A stretch of DNA of 60,237 nucleotides, taken from contig JBJMPK010000228.1 in assembly GCA_045803245.1 (NCBI GenBank), forward strand, positions 1 to 60,237, given 5' to 3'. How positions within the stretch are numbered: the stretch's first letter is position 1; every line of letters begins with the position of its first letter. The stretch comes from Gemmatimonadales bacterium (lineage in GTDB: Bacteria; Gemmatimonadota; Gemmatimonadetes; Gemmatimonadales; GWC2-71-9). A program made the translations under genes and the position numbers. This document shows positions 28,001 to 33,820 of this stretch, piece by piece. The notes under the pieces were generated by a model. It was given only the letters and a program-made list of their open reading frames with translations. It was not told the DNA's origin and searched no databases.

Positions 28001-28138
28001 CACCGCGCCATAGACGCCGTTGGTGTCGGTGCAGGCGAGGGCAGGGAACCCCTGGCTGGCCGCTGCCTCAGCCAGAGCCTCGGGACTCGAGACGCCGATG
28101 CCGAAGGAGAAGTGGGAGTGGACGTGAAGGTGGATCAT
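25007..28138 (-). CDS. dnaE2: Error-prone DNA polymerase III alpha homologue (DnaE2/ImuC)
   Basis: PHP-domain start MIHLHVHSHFSF (Met11 of the track ORF). Pol III alpha core (GRGSVANSVVSYCLGIT, DIDLDF). About 1040 aa, no tau/beta-binding C-terminal extension, OB-fold C-terminus. Confidence 0.85.
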   Translation of the reverse strand: MIHLHVHSHFSFGIGVSSPEALAEAAASQGFPALACTDTNGVYGAVEFQRACAAVGVRPILGAHLVVDDQEVVALASNECGWAALCRAITAIHWRTPVRLPSLLAHDRDGLILLSRNPGFLEQVLRLSGPENLYAELRPGRERHAVLAAARRLRLPVVATNGVVAAQAEQWSRHRLLRAIALNTTLSALPSEAVWPTGAWLCSTPDLARHFPDCPEAILAAAQIAERCRYQIPVGNRIVPPRMADTAGAFDQLRGLTLDGARWRYPVITRELQQRLDLELGVIAQKGFADYFLVVRDIVRNGPTHCGRGSVANSVVSYCLGITHVDPIGSKLVFERFLNLERRDPPDIDLDFPWDERDKVLAYVFRRYPRLHAAMVANHNTFQPRGALREVAKVHGRPAGEIREVTRRIPFFYETGARLPDLVASHPNFRGLSLPAAWQEYARSAESLVGIPRHLSVHAGGVVITPTPLTDYVPVEPAAKQLSDDPDLQVPVIQFEKDGTEDAGLVKIDLLGNRSLAVIRDAIAAVHGNTSHRIDYTSAEAGEDEGAKALFRTGQTMGVFYTESPASRLLCARSQADTFELLVLNTSMIRPASNKYIHIYLERLRNKQPYQPLDPSLRDTLLESFGIMVYQEDVVNVCATFAGMSPATGDGLRKALSKKRPTKHLAAYAEEFFAGAARLGRAPDAAKQVWEMIMSFAGYSFCKGHSCSYIQIAQHACALRANHPAEFMAAVLSNGGGFYQPFAYIAEAMRMGLTILPPDVNASEFRCTGQGKEIRIGLQFVKGLSADAVERVFAARVDGRTGGRADGWTDRAPSHPYQSIFDFRARTGIAPSDLRLLIKVGALDSIAQGWTRPMMLWMVDSAGQRGGGAAGRFRDESVDCHPECSEGAEAPLDDWFSQLPAAVPTLKEYSPERRRREEYQALGFMTDAHPMQLHADHIRRLRLCRSTDLHRHVGRHILAAGMLTTAKPVHTQNEEPMEFATFDDGHGLIEAVLFPRIYRERGHVLFDQGPFIFRGKVEQEFGVVTLTITRLDRLERVQARLRH
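25523..25554. repeat. Octamer array ccgccccg x3 + ctgccccg inside dnaE2
   Basis: Four 8-nt units read directly. They encode SAGQRGGGAAGRF in the dnaE2 frame. Confidence 0.9.
25719..25750. repeat. Octamer array ccgtccgc x3 + ccgtccac inside dnaE2
   Basis: Four 8-nt units read directly. They encode DGRTGGRADGWTDR in the dnaE2 frame. Confidence 0.9.
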
Positions 28139-28148
28139 ACCCAACAGC

Positions 28149-28193
28149 GTGAGCGGGAAAAGACACAACGTGAGCGGTGAGCGGCCCGCTCAC
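28149..28193. repeat. Composite GTGAGCG element with terminal hairpin
   Basis: gtgagcg (28149-55), 14-nt spacer, gtgagcg gtgagcg (28170-83), gcc, cgctcac (28187-93). The last two units form a 7-bp hairpin. Lies between the hydrolase stop and the dnaE2 start. Confidence 0.85.
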
Positions 28194-28199
28194 GCTGTG

Positions 28200-28997
28200 T
28201 CACTTCCCGCTCAGGCTGTCCAGAAACTCATCGAGTATTCGGTTGAATTCATCCGGCTTGTCCAGCTGGATCCAGTGGCCCGTTCCGGCCACCACGCGGT
28301 GGGGGAATCCGTTTCCCAGACGATGGAGGCTGAACGCCTGATCGTTATATGGTGTGACCACCGATAGCTTGGGCCCTTGGTACCGGGCCAGCGAGGAATC
28401 GGGGTCGAACTGCATCACACTCCGGAGGACCGGCAGAACTGTTTCCCGGGGGGTGGCCCGGAGATCTGCGAGGAGCCGGCTTCGGACCGTGCTGTCGGGT
28501 CCGGCTATTTCAGTCCAATACTTCTGGCTCCCGCGGTCGTAGTCCAACTCGAACCCTTCCAGAAACGACTGGATATCGGACGGGGGAATCGCCTTGCTGT
28601 CTCCAATGGGATCCACCAGCAGAAGCCCAGCCACACGGCCCGGATGGTTGCCGGCATACACCAGCGCGGCGCCCCCACCCATACTGTGGCCTACCAGGAC
28701 GAACTGCTGAAGGCCGAGAGAGTTGGCCACCGCGCTGACATCACTGGCCATGGCATCGATTGAATAGTCTCCGTTTCTGGCCGGCTCAGACCGGCCGTGT
28801 CCCCGGAAATCGAAGGCGATGGCGCGGCGCTGTGGCCGCAAGCGCTCCAGCTGCGCCTTCCACTGCCTTGTGTTGCCCGCCACAGAATGCACCAACACGA
28901 CCGGCAAATCTCCCCCTAGCTCGGCAGGGGGACCGCCGTCGTCGACGACCAGGGTTCCTGCCGGACCTACGACCCGAATACCCCGCTCACCGCTCAC
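28200..28997 (-). CDS. Alpha/beta-fold hydrolase
   Basis: 265 aa. HSVAGN oxyanion region, nucleophile elbow GHSMGG, C-terminal His context GTGHW. The proposed GTG start lies within a repeat unit. Confidence 0.8.
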   Translation of the reverse strand: MSGERGIRVVGPAGTLVVDDGGPPAELGGDLPVVLVHSVAGNTRQWKAQLERLRPQRRAIAFDFRGHGRSEPARNGDYSIDAMASDVSAVANSLGLQQFVLVGHSMGGGAALVYAGNHPGRVAGLLLVDPIGDSKAIPPSDIQSFLEGFELDYDRGSQKYWTEIAGPDSTVRSRLLADLRATPRETVLPVLRSVMQFDPDSSLARYQGPKLSVVTPYNDQAFSLHRLGNGFPHRVVAGTGHWIQLDKPDEFNRILDEFLDSLSGK

Positions 28998-29018
28998 GCT
29001 TTTCTCTCCCGCTTACGC
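28984..29018. repeat. Heptamer array cgctcac cgctcac + degenerate units
   Basis: Covers the tag stop (TGA, 28987-89 on minus) and the hydrolase GTG start (28995-97). Confidence 0.85.
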
Positions 29019-29553
29019 TTTGGTACGACCAGGCAGGCCGCTGCTTCAGGATCGACGGATACACGGGACAGCGCTTCACATGGGCCCCAGGCAGATACCC
29101 GATGCTCATGAGAAACTCGCCTACAATCTCGCCGCCGGTAAAGCGAAACGTTTGCTTGAAGAGCTTGACCCACTCTTCCTTCGAGCGAGGATGATGCGCG
29201 GCCAGCCACGCGGCGAAGGAGCGGTGCGTTTTCCGAAGCTCGAGAATGCGCTGGGCATTGGCGATAGCGGCGTCGACCTTGAGCCGGTTGCGAATGATCC
29301 CCGCATCGGCCAACAGCCGCTTGCGGTCGGCAGCGCCATAGCAGGCTACGATGTCGGGATCGAATCCATCGTAGGCCCGCCGGAACGCCTCCCGCTTCTT
29401 GAGAATGGTGAGCCAGGAGAGACCGGCCTGATTGATTTCCAGCACCAACCGCTCGAACAGCGCCGAGTCATCCTCGAGCGGGAAGCCGTACTCGTGATCG
29501 TGGTAGGGTCCGTGCCACTCATGACCTGGTGCGGCATCGCAGTAGGTGGTCAT
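28987..29553 (-). CDS. tag: DNA-3-methyladenine glycosylase I
   Basis: HDHEYGFP, LFE.L.LE..QAGLSW..IL.KR..FR and FRFTGGEIVGEFLMSIG match the Tag family. The tail SVSGREKRER is repeat-encoded. Confidence 0.9.
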   Translation of the reverse strand: MTTYCDAAPGHEWHGPYHDHEYGFPLEDDSALFERLVLEINQAGLSWLTILKKREAFRRAYDGFDPDIVACYGAADRKRLLADAGIIRNRLKVDAAIANAQRILELRKTHRSFAAWLAAHHPRSKEEWVKLFKQTFRFTGGEIVGEFLMSIGYLPGAHVKRCPVYPSILKQRPAWSYQSVSGREKRER

Positions 29554-29555
29554 AG

Positions 29556-29658
29556 TATTGGCTATTCGCTAAGGGCTGTTGGCAAAGCTATATGTAGCAG
29601 ATATCTCATTGTTCGCGCTGTAGCCAATAGCCAATAGCCAATAGCCAATAGCCAACAT
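29556..29658. repeat. Inverted pair of heptamer arrays (TATTGGC-like x4) ... (CCAATAG x4 + ccaacat)
   Basis: Left arm 29556-29583: tattggc tattcgc taagggc tgttggc. Right arm 29624-29658: four perfect ccaatag units running into the qor ATG (29657). Fills the divergent tag/qor intergenic region. Confidence 0.9.
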
Positions 29659-30634
29659 GCGTGCTGTGATCTACGAGGGAGCAGGAGGCCCCGAAGTCAT
29701 CACCATCGGCGAAGTGCCCAAGCCCGAAGTGGGCAAGGAGCACATCAGGGTAAAGGTTCACGCCGCGGGATTGAACCGGGCCGACTTGATTCAGCGGCGG
29801 GGCCACTACGCGGCGCCGCACGGCTGGCCGGCGAACATCCCGGGCCTCGAATACGCCGGCGAAGTCGAAGCGGTCCGTCCCGGCGTGACTCGCTGGAAGG
29901 TGGGCGACCGGGTGATGGGACTCGTTGGCGGAGGTGCCCAGGCGGAATTTGTCGTCGTGCACCAGGATGAGGTGTTTCCCATTCCGGCGGGATTGACGTA
30001 TCAGGAAGCTGCGGCGATTCCCGAGGCATTTCTCACTGCCTATGATGCCCTGGTAACTCGGGGCCGGCTCCAGTCGGGTGAGCGAGTGGTGATCCACGCC
30101 GCCGGAAGCGGGGTGGGGACCGCCGCCTCGCAGGTGGCCAAGCAGCTCGGCGCCACGGTGCTCGGAACATCCCGCAGCGGCGACAAGCTGGCCCGGGCTC
30201 TGGTCTATGGCCTCGACGTCGGGATCGACGTTAGCCGGACGCCTTTTCGCGACGCAGTCGGCGAGCCCGTCGATGTGATTCTCGACGTACTCGGCGGACC
30301 CGCCTTTGCCGACAACCTGGCGGTGCTCGCGCAGCGGGGGCGGCTGGTCCTGCTGGGTTTCCTGGCCGGCAGCCGGACCGAAGCTGACCTGGGACCGCTT
30401 CTCGGGAAGAGACTCGAGGTCATCGGCACCGTCATGAGGACTCGTGGTCATGAGGAACGAGTTGCACTGGTCCGCGAGTTCAGTCAGCGAATGCTGCCGC
30501 TGTTCGAGCCCCGCGAGGGAGGGGCAACTCTCCGTCCAGTCCTGGAGCGAAGCTATCCGATGACTCAACTGGCGGAGGCGCATCGGGTTCTCGAGGATAA
30601 CGCCAGCTTCGGAAAGATCGTCGTCGTCTGGTGA
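29657..30634 (+). CDS. qor: NAD(P)H:quinone oxidoreductase (zeta-crystallin/MDR family)
   Basis: 325 aa. MDR pattern: N-terminal GroES-like part, Rossmann motif VVIHAAGSGVGTAA, C-terminal FGKIVV. Confidence 0.8.
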   Translation: MRAVIYEGAGGPEVITIGEVPKPEVGKEHIRVKVHAAGLNRADLIQRRGHYAAPHGWPANIPGLEYAGEVEAVRPGVTRWKVGDRVMGLVGGGAQAEFVVVHQDEVFPIPAGLTYQEAAAIPEAFLTAYDALVTRGRLQSGERVVIHAAGSGVGTAASQVAKQLGATVLGTSRSGDKLARALVYGLDVGIDVSRTPFRDAVGEPVDVILDVLGGPAFADNLAVLAQRGRLVLLGFLAGSRTEADLGPLLGKRLEVIGTVMRTRGHEERVALVREFSQRMLPLFEPREGGATLRPVLERSYPMTQLAEAHRVLEDNASFGKIVVVW

Positions 30635-31911
30635 GGGGGGAGCGGTGAGCGGTGAGCGGTGAGCGGGCCACCCCGCAGCGCTCCAGCGCCGTATCGATCA
30701 CGAATACGGTCGAGGGCGTGCTGAAGGGCGGACGGTCGGACGGTCGGACGGTCGGAGGAGGTCACGGCAAGGTCTCCCATTGCCTGTCCGCCGGTACGCC
30801 CGTCCGTCCGTCCGCCCCACAGCTCCAGCTGCGTCTCCCCTTCCATCAGTCGGTCCAATGTGAGCGACACCGACCGGACCGCCAGGCGCTTGGTATTGGC
30901 GAGCGCAAAAGCACGTCGCGCGGCGTCCCATAGCTCGGTATCCAGCACCGCGGCATTGAGCGGCAGGGCTCGAGCTGTGGCGGTATAGTCGGCATACGTC
31001 GCCTCCAGCCGGAGCTGTCCCGCGACCAGGCCACGCGCACGCACCCGACGTCCGAGACGCTCGCTCAGGGCACGAAGTAGCGGATGCAGGATGCCGAGGT
31101 CGTTGGTGTCGGTAGCCAGAGTGTGGACCACATAAAATTCCCTCTGGCGCTCGGGTGGCAGCACTGGCCGCGGGTCGATGCCCCGGGCCCGGGCCCGAAG
31201 TATCCGGCCACTGCGGCCGAAGACAGCACATAACGCGTCTTCGTGAATGGCGGCGATTTCTCCGATGAGATCGAGCTGATAATCCTCCAGTCTCTCGCGC
31301 ATGCGTGGATCCAGCTCCGGGAGCACCTCGATTGGATGAGGAGCCAGAAAGCTCCGTTCGTTGCCGAGGGGGACGCACAGTAATTCGGAACCGGCTTGCC
31401 CCCACCCGCTACGCGGGTACCCGGCCCGTCCGACTATCCACCGGTCTGCCCGAATCGCCGCCTGACTCACAAGCTTGTTGGCCGCGACCCCAACCGACAG
31501 AGGCAACCCCAGCCGCTCGCTTGCCTCCCGCCGGATCCGTGCGGCGACGTCTTCGGGAGGACCGAAGAGGCGGCCGGTTCCGGTGAGGTCGAGGAAAGCG
31601 TGACCGTAGCCCCGCGGCTCGATGGCCGGCGCGTAAGCCCGTAAGATCTCGTGCAGCGCACGAGAAGCCCGAGCATAGAGCCTTGGGTTGGGTGGCAGGA
31701 CAATGAGATCGGGACAGAGCCGCTGGGCCTTGCGGACGGCCATTCCCCGCTGGAGGCCGGCCGATCGCGCCTCTGCCGAGAGCGCGAGGATCGTGGCGCG
31801 ATCGGCGCCCGGCGGTGCCACAGCCAGAGGACGCGTTCTCAGCTCGGGCGCGACCATGCCTTCCAGGGTGGTGCAGAAGGCGGGAGGGTCCACGAAGAGA
31901 ACGGAGCGCAT
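30565..31911 (-). CDS. imuB: ImuB: Y-family polymerase homologue lacking catalytic carboxylates
   Basis: DinB-like fold (RPLAV, LCPDL, LPLSVGVAANKLVSQAA). The catalytic sites are replaced: VDMD becomes VDPP and SLDEAYLD becomes GYGHAFLD. The 3' end is uncertain; the last ~35 codons read through a repeat array and antisense qor. Confidence 0.75.
   Translation of the reverse strand: MRSVLFVDPPAFCTTLEGMVAPELRTRPLAVAPPGADRATILALSAEARSAGLQRGMAVRKAQRLCPDLIVLPPNPRLYARASRALHEILRAYAPAIEPRGYGHAFLDLTGTGRLFGPPEDVAARIRREASERLGLPLSVGVAANKLVSQAAIRADRWIVGRAGYPRSGWGQAGSELLCVPLGNERSFLAPHPIEVLPELDPRMRERLEDYQLDLIGEIAAIHEDALCAVFGRSGRILRARARGIDPRPVLPPERQREFYVVHTLATDTNDLGILHPLLRALSERLGRRVRARGLVAGQLRLEATYADYTATARALPLNAAVLDTELWDAARRAFALANTKRLAVRSVSLTLDRLMEGETQLELWGGRTDGRTGGQAMGDLAVTSSDRPTVRPSALQHALDRIRDRYGAGALRGGPLTAHRSPLPPHQTTTIFPKLALSSRTRCASAS
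30631..30665. repeat. Heptamer array gtgaggg gggagcg gtgagcg x3
   Basis: The qor stop TGA (30632-34) lies in the first unit. The opposite strand is stop-free and is read through by the imuB ORF. Confidence 0.9.
30731..30815. repeat. Inverted pair of octamer arrays (gacggtcg x3) ... (ctgtccgc cggtacgc ccgtccgt ccgtccgc) inside imuB
   Basis: Left arm 30731-30754, right arm 30784-30815. Translated in the imuB frame as GGRTDGRTGGQAMGDLAVTSSDRPTVRPS. Confidence 0.9.
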
Positions 31912-31926
31912 GAGATACCAAAAAAC

Positions 31927-32015
31927 GTGAACAGTAAACGGTGAACGGTGAACAGGATTGATGTCAGGGATTTTCGTGGAATCCCCCTGTTAACTGTTCA
32001 CCGTTCACGGTTCAC
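31927..32015. repeat. 89-bp imperfect palindrome of GTGAACR heptamers with inner hairpin
   Basis: Left arm 31927-31954: gtgaaca gtaaacg gtgaacg gtgaaca. Right arm 31988-32015: tgttaac tgttcac cgttcac ggttcac. Inner stem GGGATT (31967-72) / AATCCC (31980-85). Lies between the VOC stop and the imuB start. Confidence 0.9.
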
Positions 32016-32349
32016 TCTTATCTGACCACACGGCCAGCTCGTTGCCGCTAGGATCGGTAAAGTGGAACCGCCGGCCACCGGGAAAGCTGAAGATGGGCTT
32101 TACAATGGTGCCCCCGGCCTGGCTGACCTGTTGCTCCATGGCCTCGAGATCAGCCGCATAGATGATCACCAGCGGGCCGCCGGGTCGAACCTTTTCTTGC
32201 GTCTGGAAGCCGCCGCTCAGCCGGCCATCGGCGAAGCTGGCATAGTCGGGCCCGTAGTCCTCGAAGGTCCAGCCGAATGCGCTGCCGTAAAACTGCTTTG
32301 CCTCCGGCACGTTCTGGACGGAAAACTCGATGTAATCGATGCGGTTCAT
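32005..32349 (-). CDS. VOC/glyoxalase-bleomycin-resistance family protein
   Basis: 114 aa. IDYIEF.V.N...A..FY..AFGW.F and FHF.DPSGNELAVW are typical of the single-domain VOC fold. 4-nt overlap with the radical SAM gene. Confidence 0.75.
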   Translation of the reverse strand: MNRIDYIEFSVQNVPEAKQFYGSAFGWTFEDYGPDYASFADGRLSGGFQTQEKVRPGGPLVIIYAADLEAMEQQVSQAGGTIVKPIFSFPGGRRFHFTDPSGNELAVWSDKSEP

Positions 32350-33734
32350 AACAGTATTGCCTGCTCGTTTGCGGGGTCAGGACTGGGGTTGGACTGCGCG
32401 GCAGCTTCCATCCGCCGCCGGCGTCTATAATTCGCTTCATCGCCCCCAAAGCCAAATGCGGTTCGCAGGGCGTTGAGCCGGCGAGTAAGGGCCTCCTGAT
32501 AATCCTGACTGGCCAAATCACTTCGGGCGTAATGTCGCCGATACCGCTCGGCCAATTGTGGAAACTCTTTCTCGAGGACGGGAAGAAAGCGATGTCGCGC
32601 CGCGGGACCGAGCCGGAGCGCCGACCCGATGACATAGCGTGCACCCGCCTCCTTCGCCGCCTCGATCAGCCGGGCTAATCCAGCCCAGTCATCGGTGATC
32701 CCGGGAAGGATCGGGGCTACTATGAGCCCCGCATGGACGCCCCCTTCAATGAGCCGTCGCAGCGCCCGCAGCCTAGCCGACGGCACGGGGGATCGGAGCT
32801 CCAGCCGGCGGGCGAGCCCCGGATCGGCCGTGGCGAGCGAAATGTTCACACTCATTTCGTTCCGTTCCGAAATCCCCCGTAGGAGATCCAGATCTCGGGT
32901 GACGAGGGGAGACTTGGTGATAATCTCGATCGATAGTCCGTGATAGGAACGCAAGACCTCGAGAATTCGACGGGTGAGCTGGAACTTCCGCTCCGCCGGC
33001 TGATAGGGATCGGTGGCGGTGCCGATGACCAATGAGTGACCGGCTACCCGCGCAGGATTGAGCGTGCGCGCAAGCACCTCGGCGACCCCCGATTTGACCA
33101 GGATCTCCTTTTCGAAGGCCTCCCAAGGCGGCAGGCGGCCGACCGACTGTCCGCCCGTCCGCCTGCCCGCCCGCTCCATCACCCACCGATGCGTGTCCCG
33201 GGCGTAACAGTAGGTGCAGCCGAACTCACAGCCGACATACGGGTTGATCGACCAGAAACCCATGCCGGTAGAAGCCGGCGTGTTGAGGACGGAGCGCACC
33301 GGCAACCCGATGAAGCTGGTGCCTCGGGAACGTTGGTCCAGAACCGGCAGCGGGGCAGCGGGGCTGCGGGGTAGTATCAGCGTTTCTGGGAAGAGATCGG
33401 CCGGTAGGTCGATTTGCTTCCCTGCTGCCCCGCTGTCCCGCTGCCCCGCTTTCACCCGCACAGCCCCCACCCACACTGAGTGCAGCTGATACATCCCGAA
33501 GAGCGGACGAGCAGGCCTGCGCATTCGGGACATTTGCCCAGTGGCTTGGTAGCGTTGCTGCCCTGCAAGGTCGGCTGGGTGGGAAGTGGAGTGGGGTAGG
33601 TCTGATATGGCGACACGGGAGTCCCCCGATCTTCTTCGGTCTTTATTCGGTACGCTATCCGAATATAGGCCGAAGCTCAGGGGGACGTCAAGATGCCCAA
33701 ATAGAGGATGGGCCTTCCAGGCCATTGACCCCAC
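32346..33734 (-). CDS. Radical SAM protein, SplB-like (COG1533, 'DNA repair photolyase' type); start uncertain
   Basis: SINPYVGCEFGCTYCYAR carries the CxxxCxxC radical SAM cluster motif in the context typical of this family. The N-terminal ~100 codons of the track ORF may not be translated. Confidence 0.75.
   Translation of the reverse strand: MGSMAWKAHPLFGHLDVPLSFGLYSDSVPNKDRRRSGDSRVAISDLPHSTSHPADLAGQQRYQATGQMSRMRRPARPLFGMYQLHSVWVGAVRVKAGQRDSGAAGKQIDLPADLFPETLILPRSPAAPLPVLDQRSRGTSFIGLPVRSVLNTPASTGMGFWSINPYVGCEFGCTYCYARDTHRWVMERAGRRTGGQSVGRLPPWEAFEKEILVKSGVAEVLARTLNPARVAGHSLVIGTATDPYQPAERKFQLTRRILEVLRSYHGLSIEIITKSPLVTRDLDLLRGISERNEMSVNISLATADPGLARRLELRSPVPSARLRALRRLIEGGVHAGLIVAPILPGITDDWAGLARLIEAAKEAGARYVIGSALRLGPAARHRFLPVLEKEFPQLAERYRRHYARSDLASQDYQEALTRRLNALRTAFGFGGDEANYRRRRRMEAAAQSNPSPDPANEQAILL
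33147..33170. repeat. Octamer array ctgtccgc ccgtccgc ctgcccgc inside the radical SAM gene
   Basis: Read directly. Encodes AGRRTGGQSVGR, located just after the CxxxCxxC motif. Confidence 0.85.
33417..33456. repeat. Octamer array cttccctg ctgccccg ctgtcccg ctgccccg ctttcacc
   Basis: Read directly. Lies in the 5' region of the radical SAM ORF (KAGQRDSGAAGKQ). Confidence 0.85.
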
Positions 33735-33820
33735 TTATCTCTTACCGAAATTGTATTACCGACTGGCGTTCTTCGGGCCAGCTTCCCGTCACCATCATTT
33801 TTACGTTCGTAGATTCTGCC

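Noticed and set aside
31912-32004. LexA/SOS box upstream of imuB. The tag/qor (29554-29656) and radical SAM (33735-33820) upstream regions were also examined.
   Set aside because: GTTC and GAAC recur with 7-nt period as part of the heptamer repeat. This does not match the LexA motifs I know (CTGT-N8-ACAG, GAAC-N4-GTTC, GTTC-N7-GTTC). The cognate motif for this lineage is unknown to me, so no operator is called.
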